Numbered from the stretch's first letter, positions 40,270 through 54,372 are shown. The stretch is 64,000 nt of DNA from Octopus vulgaris (GCA_951406725.2 OX597822.1:44826001-44890000), one strand, 5' to 3'. Made by a program: numbers and translations. The notes: generated by a model not told the origin, from the sequence alone.

Positions 40270-41001
40270 TCCAATCTGGGCAGCCCGCCAAGGGAAATCT
40301 AAGCCAATCGCATTAGATTCCTTGGAAGAAAACCTCGAAAGTACACAACACGGTGACGGAAAAACGGACGATGTTACTCGAAAAAAATTCAAAAATACGT
40401 AAAAAAGGTATATATATATATACCTTTATGAATCTGTGTTGCAAGGTTTCTCTTGTGAAATCGTTTGTTGAAACAGATATTGTTGTGTTTCAGGATGGTG
40501 ATTTTTTTCTTTGCCAAATAAACACACGCGCTATATATTCTTTCTTCACTCGTTTCTTACTGTACTTTCCTGTCCATTGTCCGGAAATCTTTCGTCAAAC
40601 AAGGGTGACCTACTCAGCGAACTTTTCGTCTTCCTGTGAGCTCTTACTCTGTGATTCCATTCACAGAGAATCTACTAACCTAAATCAGTCAACATGTTGA
40701 CTGAATTATACATACAGCTATGGCTTTATAAGTTCGTTCAGAGTTGTCTCTCTTAAGTACATCTCATTGATAAGAGCCAAAAGTGTGAAAAATAAATGTC
40801 TGAAATTCCTAATAGATGATTACATTAAACGGAGCGAGGGTTTTCATACCTTTTTACCATAAGAGAGATACATTCTCCAAGGTAAGTGCAGTGTATTTGC
40901 CTTTTATAAATATGTCACTTATAATTCTTCACAAAGGAAGACAAGGGAAGCTTTTCTCGGCAGGACAAATACTGTAATACATTTTCGCCAGCCACAACGT
41001 G

Positions 41002-41050
<49 letters not shown>

Positions 41051-41054
<4 letters not shown>

Positions 41055-41162
41055 CCTGCTCGCTTAGCCAGCGGGGTGGCGTCATTCGAAGGCTAAAACA
41101 ATGCGAACGCATTGTGACCAGCGATGTGTAACAACATCTGATGGTCCGGTCGGTCACGTGAT

Positions 41163-41170
<8 letters not shown>
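41051..41170 (-). mobile_element. ~120-bp structured short element in (TA)n, copy 2
   Basis: Reverse complement of 2797-2916; ends in cacgtgatcacgtgat. Confidence 0.75.
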
Positions 41171-41201
<31 letters not shown>

Positions 41202-41253
41202 CATATACATACACACACACATACTCACATATATATATATAGACATATATATG

Positions 41254-41366
<113 letters not shown>

Positions 41367-41367
41367 G

Positions 41368-41680
41368 TCCCCTGGCCAATTCAAGATCCCAGCATACATG
41401 TACACTGCAACATAATTTCTTTTCCTCAACAGGCCCTGACCTATTTAACATTGTCCCAAAAGAGATCAAAAAGGAAAAGGATCCCATCAACTTTAAACGG
41501 AGTCTGGCTAGATTCCTTCAAGGAATACTAAATAAGCCTCCCATAATTGGATACAACTCACCCAACAAAAACTCACTACTTGAATGGACCATAAGCAAAA
41601 CTTGACTTAAACAGGATTCAAATAATCCTATCAGGTGGTGGTATTCGACCAATCTTTGGTCGAAACATATCTAAGTTTTT
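41368..41680 (+). mobile_element. 3' end of second CR1-group LINE family
   Basis: Translates [34 protein letters not shown] (compare GPQLFNILPKNLRD...FKMKLDLFLSGI at 12.5 kb). Terminal hairpin ttcgacca-atctt-tggtcgaa. Confidence 0.75.
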
Positions 41681-41682
41681 TT

Positions 41683-41788
<106 letters not shown>

Positions 41789-42114
41789 GTACGTATGCAT
41801 GCAAGCAATGTTTGTTTGTATGAATATATACCCACACATATGTCACACGCGCGCACACACATATAAACATGCATGTATATAGAGGCATACAAACTAATAT
41901 TTATGTATACATATATATATATATATATACACGCGGATACGCGAATACTTCAATATATATATTAGAGACCAAATAACACGTGTCTCATCCTTATATATTA
42001 TAATTATATAACTGTGCTCTTAAGTGTACTTTGGACTTTTTGACTGGTCTTTCTAGTATGTCAGGCAACCTCTTTAAGGCTCGCCTCTTTGTGCGCTAAT
42101 TTATATTATGTACA

Positions 42115-42201
<87 letters not shown>

Positions 42202-42601
42202 CGTGCGTGTGTGTGTGTATGTCATGTGGTAGGTTCGTAGAAAATGTTGAGCATTATGTGTACACTAGTATGCTGAAACTTGTTGTTTGTGGAAATTGCT
42301 TAAAAAGATTTAGATTTTCGCATTCATTGAATGCCATAATCACATGACACATTATATTGAATGTCTTCAAATATTCACCAATTTTTGTTCGTAAAATCAA
42401 TTGTAGCAGACAGCGGAAGCGTTCTGAGTGCTTGAATATTTTATCATTAAACATAATTTCTTCTCTCTGGTGAGATTGTTAATTCAGCGGAAATATTTCG
42501 AGGTCTGAGAAACTAGATTCTATATTAAATACACGAACACACGTGCGCGCGCGAGCGATCCAACACACCAACACAAAACATGCAGATAGACAGAGGGACG
42601 C

Positions 42602-42666
<65 letters not shown>

Positions 42667-42677
42667 AAAATAGATAA

Positions 42678-42730
<53 letters not shown>

Positions 42731-42742
42731 GAGATAGAGAGA

Positions 42743-42778
<36 letters not shown>

Positions 42779-42782
42779 TAGT

Positions 42783-42814
<32 letters not shown>

Positions 42815-43225
42815 TAGATATATAAATAGATAGATAGATAGATAGATAGACAGACAGATAGATAGATGTATAGATAGATAGATTGATAGACACACAAATA
42901 AATATATTTGCGCAGATGTGCGTGTATAGGTGTGTGTGTTAATTTTCGGAGGCCCAATTACATTGGAGCATGCACTTGGTCCGTTCAAACATAATTCAAT
43001 TACCCTAAATTCAGCACATGTCTAAACACTGCTTAGCGCTAACACTTCGTTCTTTTCCTCGACCGGGCGATCTACTAATGCAAATCAGTTAAAGTGTTGA
43101 CGAAAGTCTACATAAAGCTATAGCTCTATACCTTCGTTCAGAGTTGCTTCTCTTAGGTGCATCTCATTGACAAGAGCCAATATATATAGCATAAATATAC
43201 ATATATGTACACACATACACACATA

Positions 43226-43294
<69 letters not shown>

Positions 43295-43854
43295 GAATAT
43301 ATATATAACATACATATATAATATCGCCATCCTTACTGAAGTGTTTTCTATATAAACACTTTGATTGTACGTGATGTACACTGTTGACCAATTCTTGTAA
43401 GTTAAATAACAATTTTTTGATAAATTTTCATGGGATTATAAGTCGAAATCTTAAATTGAATACCAAAGCAGAAAACGCATGTCATAGCTATATTCAATTA
43501 TTTTCTCTGCATACCTATTACAGAGATCACCAAATTTCTCTTCGTACATAATAAGTATCGAACCATTTTATCCTTATAAAATCGTCAGCTTGACATTACG
43601 CAAGTCAGGTAAATTAAACTAGATTTCTAAATTGTTTTCGCTCTTCATGGAGTTACTATCAGCATTTTAGTTTAACAAGCTTTGAAATAAATTTGTTTCC
43701 GATTTTATTCCTTTTCGTAATTTTTCGCGTGTAATGTGATGCAAGACGTTGTTTGTAGACAGTTGATAAGAATACTTTTATCAAAATTTTTTAAAAAATC
43801 AAATGAAAGCATTTTAGTTGCGAGTGGGCCCCCTTAGTCTCCTTGCAAACAATA

Positions 43855-44330
43855 TTTTTAGACCCAGTCCTCCACTGGTCACGTATGTTAATGAATGTTG
43901 GGTAATGACCAGAACAGTGGTATTGCGAATATCAGCGGCTGAAATGGGGTTCCTCCAAAGGATTTCTGGATCTCTGGAGTAACATCATTCGACAGGGTCG
44001 GTAGCTCGAAGATCAGGCAGTCTCTCATGGTCGACTGCTACATCTTCGCATTCAGAGATGACATCTTGGTACTACGCATATGTGAACAGAATGTCGCAGG
44101 AAAGAGTCACAAGACAGATTCTTCAAGGCAAGCCAACAGACAGAAGGACTAGGAGTAGACTATGAAAGAGATGGTTAGGTCATATCCATAGTCTCGAGTT
44201 GGTAACGCTTACGGAATCCATCAGGAAGGTGTAATAACAGTTACTTCTGACAGGACCTTATAAATGCGATACCTGAGTACTCTACCGCCACAATCCCCGA
44301 AGGTATAGTGGGCGAAGATAGACAAATGGA
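43855..44330 (+). mobile_element. 3' fragment of an RTE-clade LINE
   Basis: WVMTRTVVLRISAAEMGFLQRISG...VNRMSQERVTRQILQGKPTDRRTRSRL*KRWLGHI, matching the RTE ORF C-terminus (AEMxFLRRI...RGRPRKRW). Confidence 0.8.
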
Positions 44331-45494
44331 AATTTTAATCTCTAAGCTTAATTTTTGATGTTGCCGATTTATAAATTATGAACTATTTTATATAAACTTG
44401 AAAGTTTTGAAGTTAAAAATTATTTGAAGAAATACTGCGTTACGTATTTGGTTTTCAAGGTTCTTAATGTGAATTCGTATGTCAAAACATATTATATTTT
44501 AAATCAGGTGTATCAATATATCAATAATAAACACATACACCGTTTGTATTTCACTTCTCTATTACTTATTTGTCAATTAGTTAAAAATTTAACCAATGAA
44601 CCAATCGAGTCCTGAAGCAAACGTGAAGTAGAGAGGGTACGTCTTTGATGAGGTCACGAATGGTGATGAAAGGATTGCTTGATTGACCCTGTCAGTAATC
44701 AAACAAGCGATTAGTTACTTTGTTAAATAGTTAACCAATGAATAATATATAAGTGAAATGGAGCCGGTATGTGCATGTATGATTCACATACTGACCTAAC
44801 CAAGATTCACCAATAAATTGTATGAATACTTTATAAAATCGGAAGGAATAGAAACAGCATATACATGTATCATTCACGACAAAAATTTTTTAAAACCGTT
44901 TGATCTCACAATGTGTGCACACACAAATACACACAAACAAACATGCATACACACGCACACACACAAGTACACAAATACACAAACACACACGCACACATAC
45001 CTGCACACACACATCCGTAGAGTAAATATGATTTAAGCCACATAATAAATGAGATTGCTCATATGACAGAAAGACAATGAGAGTTGCGATGAAGGTAGAA
45101 CATTGAAGATGAAATACGTCAGCCATCACCCAACATCTTTCACACTAGGCTAAATCATACAGACTAATTAATTACGTTTAAAATCCTATCATTGTCAGTA
45201 CGTAAAGCCGAATGCCAAAAATAACATAACATTTAAATAATTCTTTCTCCATATTAATTAATAAATCATCACAACCTCCATAATCAGATCTCGTAACATT
45301 AATCTCTTGCCGGTCACTATAGATTCCTGCGATCAAAATGAATCTGCCAACCAGCAAAATGAATCAAAATTCAGCTGTAGACATAATTCAATTCTTAAAT
45401 GTATAAATGTGATTATCCCATTGTTATGTGAATATGTTTACCAAATTCATTAAGCTCTAGATTACCACTAATACAAAACTGGATAAACCTTAAA

Positions 45495-45760
45495 CTGCAT
45501 CCCGTAGTGGGGGCCTTGTTATGAGAGCTCCAGGTTTTGAGAAGTGTGAGGAACCATCTCTGACGCACTATTGTTTCCAGGTCAACTCAGACCCAGATCA
45601 GTAACAGCTTTTTGGGGATTAGCTAGGTGTTAACTAGCATAGGAGCTCACAGGTAGACGGAGCTTGTCAGCGTGGAAGGCGGTCCGTCTGGGAGAAAAGA
45701 ACTCCGACATAGATCCATCGCTTCCATGCGGGCTGGCACGTACAAGGCGGATCTTCATTA
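45495..45760 (+). mobile_element. Possible RTE-type 5' UTR remnant
   Basis: GC-richer block with gaaggcggtccgtctgggagaaaagaactccga, similar from memory to RTE leader sequences; unverified. Confidence 0.3.
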
Positions 45761-47801
45761 TTTCTGAGACATCCGACAGCCCACTGCAACCACCATAACC
45801 AGATCTAGCATCTAGCATGTCACCAATCCCAATGGAGCCGCTGGTGAAAGATGGTAGCCAAGTTCGTGTGTTTTGTGATTACATCACCTAGTCCACCCTA
45901 GACAACGAGCCTCTCTGCCCCTTTTCCTAAGTCCAGTTGCGATCCTGAACAGCCAACTACCTCAGTCACTGGCACCCTTTTCACCCATCAAGATGAAGAG
46001 TCTTAATCACTCGCTACTGATCTACAACTGGTGTAAAAGTTAACGCTGACGACAAGGGTACTAACACTAGCTTGAATATAATATAACCGTACTTTCTGAT
46101 CCCGTATATTTCTCATGTTAAATTCTGTTTTTAATTCTTGAATACATGATTTTCTTAATGTTATCTTCCTGTTTTATATTTTAAATATGTTGATATCTAA
46201 TTATTTTTCTTCTTTCTCATTTTTTTTTCTCCAGTGGCCATTTCAATTTCAATAAAAGAACGAATGAAAAACGACGAGGTCAGAAGTAATGGAAAACGAT
46301 TTCGTTCATCCTGGATATGACAATTCACAAATTTGTAACCAAGGAACCCAAGCCGTAGAGTCGCTCACCATTCTTTAAAATCACATTTATCTCCTACATT
46401 ATGCGTAGCAAACCAAGTTATAACAATACCAATGAAAAGTGGCCATTTTAAATAAAGAAATGTGCATTCTTTTGTCTGACGCATGCGTGCTCCCGGCAAT
46501 GTAATTACGCTACTACGTTTTAACATTAAACCCAGCCAATGTATGACTAAGACATAAAACGAGAAATTCAACTTAAAAGCTAGAAAACGAAAAGTAATAA
46601 AAGCGAAAAATTTAAAAATTTAAGTTGTAAAGAAAATAATCACGTTATAAAATATAACAACAAAAACAACGACAATACTAACGCAAACAATAGAAAAGGA
46701 AACAGGAAATCCATCTCTATATTTTATTTGTGTTTCTGTACATATTTCAAAAACACTAACCAGCGCCACCTACCAATAATAAACAACTAGAAGCAAAACG
46801 AATGACGAAAATGTAAAAAAGAGACTAATAAGAGAAAAAAAAAACGATAAAAAGCAAATCTGAATATTTTGCTTTATTGATTTTTGTTTGTTTTCCAATA
46901 TAACTTTATATTTCTTTTCTTTTTCTTTTTTAATTTTATTTAACTTCAATTTAATCGAAGAAAATATCTTAAATTCAAAATTTTAAAATACCCTAAACAA
47001 ATCATATCGATTTAAATCAAACCAAAGGAGCGAGAAAGAGTGAGAAGGAGAAAGTCAAAGAGAGAGATAGAGGGGGAGAAAGAGTAAATATTAGAGAGAT
47101 TGTAAAAGAAAGAGAAGAGAAACAGAGTGAATCGGAGAGGTGGTAAAATTTAAATAGAAACCTATATGAAATGTGCACAAAAAGTAAAATGAAGATGAGT
47201 TAAACGTGTGTGTATGTATATGTATATATATACAAATATATAAATATATACATATACGTGTATCTATACATATTCACATATATCTCCACTCATGTATATA
47301 TTTAAATATATGTCAGGAGAAAGTAAGGAAGAGAAATTTTAAACGGAACGAAATGTGGAAGGAAAAAAATGATTTTTGGTTTAAAAGAAAGGAAAAAGGA
47401 TAAATAACCCCGTTTTTCTTTTCTCTTGTTATTATCATTATCATCATCATCATCATCATCATTATTATTGTTATTATTACCATTGTCTTTAATATTGCCT
47501 GTTTGTTTTTTTTTTTGTTGTTTTTCCTGTTTTTTTCCTCCTTCATAGCCTTCGTTTAATTACGCAACTTAAGGATACTTACCTATTGTACGAATACACA
47601 CAAGTAAAGAAGAAGAAAACAAAGAAAGAACCCCTTATATGAATTTGAGGCTGTTTCACGTCACGCGTGATCCCGCAACAGAAATTTCTCTCCGTATTTA
47701 AAAAAAAAAAAAAACCCTATCACCACTTTCTGTATTCCAGCACGAAGGAACATCATTTTGAAGATACTGAGAACTAGATACATATACTGCGATACACAAA
47801 C

Positions 47802-47832
<31 letters not shown>

Positions 47833-48208
47833 ATTATATTTATATAAGTTTATTATTGTACAGTAACGTTATATATTTTCATATATAGTGACAAAGCGTT
47901 ACACACATACATCCGCTGCCATATATTTTGTTTATTTATGTACTGGTGAGGTTTCATTGTTCTTTTCCTCTTTATTTCTTTGCTCTGCCTTATCTGTATA
48001 TACAAAATATTATAGACACATTATATATAAATTTATGCCTTAGTGTGGCATGTGCATATATACACACATATAAAGAGAAAAGAAGACAAACACATGCATT
48101 CATAGGAGAATCTTATAAACAAACAAATACACCCACACATACGAACTTATATATATATACGCATCGCTGTGCGTTCTGGAATTTTTTTTAACGTTGTGAA
48201 CCTAAAAA

Positions 48209-49612
48209 ATGTCTGTTGAAATCAGTCAAGAAGATCACAGAATGGTTGTTCATAATACTACATACAGCTACCACACCGATAATTCGACGATATACTATTT
48301 CATGGACAACACGTCATTCCTGTACCCAAATCTTTCTCACTTGCCATTCGCACCCGACGAATATGAGAGTCTATCGATCTCAACCAATTCTGTGCCGTCA
48401 CTTCGACCTCAATTTTACAGCGTCGAACATGCTATATCGACATCCATTATATTGGGACTTCTCATTTTAGCGACAATTATCGGTAATGTGTTTGTCATTG
48501 CTGCAGTGTTACTGGAGAAAAATCTACACAATGTTGGCAACTATTTAATCATATCGTTGGCGGTAGCTGACCTGATGGTCGCATCACTTGTCATGCCTCT
48601 CAGTGCCGTAAGTGAAATCAGTAAAATATGGTTTCTGCAGAAAGAGGTATGTGATATGTGGACCTCCTTCGACGTACTCTGTTGTACGGCTTCGATCCTT
48701 CATTTGGTAGCGATAGCAATGGATCGTTACTGGGCTGTGACCAATATAGAATACATACGAAACCGGACGCAAAAACGGATTATTACCATGATTGTCCTTG
48801 TATGGACAGTGGCCATGTTTATTTCGATTCCACCGCTGTTCGGCTGGAAAGAAATGCAAGACGAACCCGATATTCCTGAACGTTGTATAATCAGTCAAGA
48901 TCTAGGTTATACCGTCTTCTCAACAGTTGGAGCCTTTTATTTACCCATGTTTATCATGATGTTCATTTATTTACGTATATTCATGGTGGCACGATCGAGA
49001 ATCCGTAAGGAAAAATTTGGCAAAAAGAAAACACCGAAAACAGACAGCAAAGATCACACAACGGTGAGTTTGTTATCGAAGTTGAAAGACACCAAGAAAC
49101 ACTCTAGTCAGGAATCAAGCCCCGAAAAAGACGTCCAACAGCAACAGAACAATCATGTACACCAGCACGAGCAACAACAGCAGCTGCCGTTAGTCGAAGG
49201 AGATGGCAACCTGTCAACGATCAAAGTGAAAAATGGTCACGTGGACGAAGCTCATACGGTGATGCTTCCGGTTGTCGATCAAGCAGAAGCCGTCAGGCGA
49301 GAGAAATTGAAAAACAAGGAGAAGTTAGAAATCAAACGGGAGCGAAAAGCAGCGAGGACTTTGGCCATAGTAACAGGGGCGTTTATTGTGTGCTGGCTTC
49401 CATTCTTTATTATTGCCTTGGTTCGTCCTTTCTTTATGGATGCGATGGAGGTACCAGAGGTAGTGATGAGTATTGTGTTGTGGTTGGGTTACATGAACAG
49501 CCTACTTAATCCGGTCATTTATACCATTTTCAGCCCCGATTTCCGGAATGCATTTCAAAAAATCTTATTCGGAAAATATCGACGGAATAAACCTAGAAAG
49601 AATTTCTACTGA
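48209..49612 (+). CDS. 5-HT1: Intronless 5-HT1-like serotonin receptor (class A GPCR), 467 aa
   Basis: Seven hydrophobic helices. GNVFV (TM1), SLAVADL (TM2), FDVLCCTAS with amine-binding Asp and DRY (TM3), FSTVGAFYLP (TM5), RERKAARTL and CWLPFF (TM6), WLGYMNSLLNPVIY (TM7). N-terminal sequons NTT/NST/NTS/NLS, long ICL3 and short C-tail as in Gi-coupled invertebrate 5-HT1 receptors. Confidence 0.93.
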   Translation: MSVEISQEDHRMVVHNTTYSYHTDNSTIYYFMDNTSFLYPNLSHLPFAPDEYESLSISTNSVPSLRPQFYSVEHAISTSIILGLLILATIIGNVFVIAAVLLEKNLHNVGNYLIISLAVADLMVASLVMPLSAVSEISKIWFLQKEVCDMWTSFDVLCCTASILHLVAIAMDRYWAVTNIEYIRNRTQKRIITMIVLVWTVAMFISIPPLFGWKEMQDEPDIPERCIISQDLGYTVFSTVGAFYLPMFIMMFIYLRIFMVARSRIRKEKFGKKKTPKTDSKDHTTVSLLSKLKDTKKHSSQESSPEKDVQQQQNNHVHQHEQQQQLPLVEGDGNLSTIKVKNGHVDEAHTVMLPVVDQAEAVRREKLKNKEKLEIKRERKAARTLAIVTGAFIVCWLPFFIIALVRPFFMDAMEVPEVVMSIVLWLGYMNSLLNPVIYTIFSPDFRNAFQKILFGKYRRNKPRKNFY

Positions 49613-49769
49613 AAAAAAGATCAAACACAAAGAAAAAAAAAACATACACCTTTTTTTTTTTGTTTTTCAAAATATTGTCTGTTTTCATACTTTCCGTCTG
49701 TCCGTTTTCTCTGTCTTTATTTCTTTCAGTGCTTGAACCAGTGACGTCCACGACGAGGTGACAGAGTCA

Positions 49770-49830
49770 TAATGATGTTGATGATAAAGATGTTGTTAAT
49801 AATGATGATGATGATGATGATGATGATGAT

Positions 49831-49865
<35 letters not shown>

Positions 49866-50490
49866 AGGTGGTGATGACTGGAGATGACGTTTGTAATAAG
49901 TAGTGGTGGTGGTGGTGGTGTCGGTTGTATTTCTGATTAATTAGCTTCATAATATTTTGTGTTTGTTTGCCGAGAGAGAGAGAGAGCGAGAGAGAGAGAA
50001 AGAAAGGGAAAGAAAGAAACACAAATAAAAAAAAATCTGCAGAAAAAAAAACGATATTAAAGCCAAAAGAAAAAATATACAAAAGAGGAAAAATATTATT
50101 AAAAAAGAAATTAATTTTGAAATATATATATATATAATATTTACCAGAAAAGTACAAAAATATCTCAAAAAACAAAAAAACAATGAAATCTGCTTTGTGA
50201 AGGGATGTTGAGACGATAATGACTAACGATGACATTGGTGGTACGATGAAGATGAAGATGATGGTGATGATGATGGAGTTCTCGTTGGTGATGATATTAT
50301 CGTAATGCTAGAAAAACGGTGAGGATGATGATGAGGAGGAGGAGGAGGAAGATGATGATGACATTAATTGGGACACCGTGCGGAAGGCGGTTCAGTGGTG
50401 ATGGTCACGATGTTGCTGGTGTTGATGACAGTGCCAAGGTAATGGCGGTAGTGATTCAGTGTTTATACCACGGTGATGGTGATGATGATA

Positions 50491-50521
<31 letters not shown>

Positions 50522-50816
50522 CGATGGTGATGATGGTGACGATGATGATGGTGATGATGGTGATGATGACGATGATGGTGACGAGGATGGTGAGGATTGG
50601 TGATAAGGATGTTGGTGTTGATGATGATTTCAATCACATTATTCGTAATGACAATTATAATAATCACAATTGTTATAATGACAATAAAATGGTAATAATT
50701 ATAATAATGATGGTAATGATAGTAATGATAATGTTGAAAATATCGACAACAACAACAACAACAACAATAATAAAAATAACAACAATTGTAATAATTGCAA
50801 TAATGATAATTCTTCC

Positions 50817-50866
<50 letters not shown>

Positions 50867-51090
50867 TGATGATGATGATGATGATGATTACGTGGTAGTT
50901 GTGGAGTGAGGACCGGGATCGGGGAAGCGGTAGATGGACGAGTGATAAGTCAGACGTATTAGAGGAGATGGAAACGATAGCGATAATTGCTACGACGACG
51001 ACGTCAATGATGATGATGATGACGAAGAGACGGCGGACGGGGAGGGGGAATTAGAATGTAATGCTTGTGATGACGTCCACAATAACAATA

Positions 51091-51126
<36 letters not shown>

Positions 51127-51170
51127 GCAATGATGATGATGATGATGATGATAACGATGGTAGTGGTAGC
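49770..51170. repeat. (GAT)n/(AAT)n trinucleotide domain just 3' of the receptor
   Basis: Direct inspection. Confidence 0.9.
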
Positions 51171-51394
51171 AAGGAAATGCGAAAGGTATAGTGGTGTGAT
51201 TTCATAAAGAGAAAAGCAAGGCGTTTAATAGAGAGAAGAGAGCATCAAAACCCACAGCAACGACGATCGCAGTAACATTGCTAGTTATATTTGTTATATA
51301 AGCCGACGATGTGAAAAGGTAACCAGTAAAAGCTTCATCGGCGTTTAACCGTCTGAAAAAGTGACATATCCACGTACATAAAAGTTTTACATAT

Positions 51395-51467
<73 letters not shown>

Positions 51468-51686
51468 AGTATGCATGCGTATATGTATTTGTGTGTGTAT
51501 GCGTATGCACATATACACATAAATATGTTATTTATATTAAACTTGCAATTATACATCTTTATATATATATGTATCCATGTATGTATATGTCTGTATGTGC
51601 TTATATATATATATACATAAATATATATATATATACATACATATATATATATACATATATATATATGCATATATATATACATATAC

Positions 51687-51744
<58 letters not shown>

Positions 51745-51805
51745 TATTAGAAATATTGAATTTCTAAATGTCTCAGAGAGATATGAGCGGTGGTGGAGCG
51801 ATATA

Positions 51806-51966
51806 GTGGTTGTATACTGTCAACTCAACGTGACAGTCCCGTCAGGGAATTACATCACAGAAAATGTGTCAAAGCCGACAGGAAACGTCGATGTGTCCTA
51901 GGGCTAAATGGCGGTGGTGTAATTCCCTTACGGGACTGTCACGTTGAGTTGACAGTATACAACCAC
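51806..51966. mobile_element. 161-bp MITE, 53-bp TIRs (two mismatches), flanked by TA
   Basis: gtggttgtatactgtcaactcaacgtgacagtcccgtcagggaattacatcac (51806-51858) versus 51914-51966. Confidence 0.9.
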
Positions 51967-52193
51967 TATATATATATATACAAATACAACATACGATGGG
52001 TAAATTGTCGCTGTTATATTTTTAATTTATATATATATATATATATATACATATATATATCCGTGTGTGTCTGTGTGCATGTATGTATGCATTTATTTAC
52101 GAATGCATATATGCATGCACACATGCATACATGTATGTATATGTGTGTGTATGTGCATGCACATATATACATAAATATTTTATTTACCTTAAA

Positions 52194-52230
<37 letters not shown>

Positions 52231-52356
52231 CACATATATACAAAGATAGATACATGTCTCTCTTCAGCGAAACATGTTACTTCACAATATACTGCAGTGA
52301 ACCAACTTTGCAGTTTCAAATATACTTAACTAATCACACGTTTCTTCTATATATGC

Positions 52357-52428
<72 letters not shown>

Positions 52429-52897
52429 TTAGACGAAAAGTGGGATAAAAATAATTTAGGCAGATATCAATATCGCACACAATTTTAAACGAATTTAGTT
52501 AGCTATATAAAATAATCTGACACCAATAAATGCAAATAGACTGCATATCCAAGGTAATTCCTCATGTATAACAAGTAGATCCAAATATCATTTTGAAGAA
52601 TTTTTGTGAAATTCAGGGTATTAGACAACAAAACTACGTATAGCTTTTCTTAGATAATGCTCCTCGGCGTTCTTTTTATATGCGTTCCTCTACTCAGATA
52701 TTTCATTAGTTCAATTTGAATTTAACTAATTTAGGATCGACTTGGAAACGTTGTATTAACATGTATTTTTAGATATTATAAATTTCGATGATGTTTCCTA
52801 TATCTAAATATGTTGGAACAACTGAAGCAATTGTCGGCTTTGTAAGGGGAATTCTGCAATTAGAGATATGATTTGCTCTATCCGTATTTCTCTTGTT

Positions 52898-52939
<42 letters not shown>

Positions 52940-52943
<4 letters not shown>

Positions 52944-53060
52944 TAAATTAGAGATAAAGCCACTATTAGGCAAATCAAACAGTGAAAAACATAAACCAAC
53001 ACATAAAAATTAAAATAATTAATATAATTTACAAAATATATAAAATATAAAATTTATAAT
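52940..53060 (+). repeat. Diverged relative of the 28.3-kb palindrome arm
   Basis: taaattagagataaagccactattaggcaaatcaa versus taaattagagacaaaaccactattatgcaaatcaa. Confidence 0.7.
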
Positions 53061-53149
53061 TTAAATTGTATAAATTTCATATATATATATATATATATAT
53101 CCGTATTTTTCTGACAAGAAAAAAATGGATAGATGAAATCATACAAAGC

Positions 53150-53455
53150 GAGAGAGAAAGAGCAGTCAAAGCAAAACTCCAACGTGTTGAATGGCCGTTT
53201 TTAAAATGAAAATAAAATAAAAAAGAAACGGACTTTTCTCCTTGGTACGAAACTAATGTATGTTGGGCAGAATAAATGAAGTCTATTTTATTAGTTACTG
53301 TGGTCAATAGAGTAAAATAGACTTCATATATTCCACCCGCCTTACATCATTTTCGTACCTAAGAGTCCATTTGTTTTTATTTTATTTTCATTTTAAAAAA
53401 CAACGGCTATTCAACACGTTGGTGTTCGGCTTTAACTGTTCTTTCTCCTTCTCTT
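53150..53455. repeat. Imperfect ~305-bp fold-back; right arm repeated directly at about 53770-53970
   Basis: ccaacgtgttgaatggccgttttt / acggctattcaacacgttgg; tgaagtctatttta / taaaatagacttca; ggtacgaaa / tttcgtacc. Confidence 0.85.
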
Positions 53456-53963
53456 TGACTTTATATATATTAAAATAATTTGTCGCTATCAGCCCAGCGA
53501 CATATTAGAACGCGTGTTTGAATGTGGATGTAGAAGTACGTTTTTTCTTCCTCTCTTACATTTGTCAATATTCTGAATACCTTGGGTTACGAATTAATGT
53601 GGATAAATGAATGAAAACATATTTTACAGTTATATTTGTTCTAAAAATATGGTATATACAACAGAAGATCGAAAAATGTGCTTCTAAATTAAGTTATTTT
53701 TTTTTATAAATTGATTTACTTCGTTTGTACATTAACCGTTAAAATGGTTTTGCATTGGCCACGATAACTAAAATATAGATTGCATTTTTTCTGCTCGCCT
53801 TACATCCTTTTCGTACCATTCAACACGTTGGGGTTCGGCTTAAACTGCTCTTTCTCCCTCTCTTTGTCTTTATGTATATATACATAATTTGCCGGTATCG
53901 GCCCACCGAAAGATTAGAAGATGTGTTTGAATGTGGATGAAGAAGTCTGCTTCTTCTCTCCGC

Positions 53964-54001
<38 letters not shown>

Positions 54002-54052
54002 TCCCAGACACACATTTTAATTTATACACACACACACACACATACACACACG

Positions 54053-54107
<55 letters not shown>

Positions 54108-54232
54108 CATATATACATACATTTCTCTCTTCAGCGAAAATTGTTACTTCAAAATAAACTGCAGTGAACTGACTTTGCAGTATCAAATATACTTGAACTA
54201 GTCACGCTTTTAATAATAATAATAATAATAAC

Positions 54233-54372
<140 letters not shown>

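Larger units (their letters stand above)
39313..40405 (-). mobile_element. Repeat family E: ~1.1-kb non-coding unit bounded by ~280-bp direct repeats (39313-39590, 40120-40405)
   Basis: The two repeats are nearly identical (one 10-nt indel, a few substitutions). The internal part is GA-rich with no credible ORF. Confidence 0.85.

Noticed and set aside
44644-44672. UUGAUGA-G-GUCAC..GUGAU-GAAA; also CUGAUGA at 60057
   Set aside because: Core or stems I/III incomplete; chance match plausible.
47650-47715. cacgtcacgcgtg CRE/E-box-like motif and tatttaaa about 500 bp upstream of the receptor ATG
   Set aside because: Short motifs with no transcription-start evidence; not enough to call a promoter.
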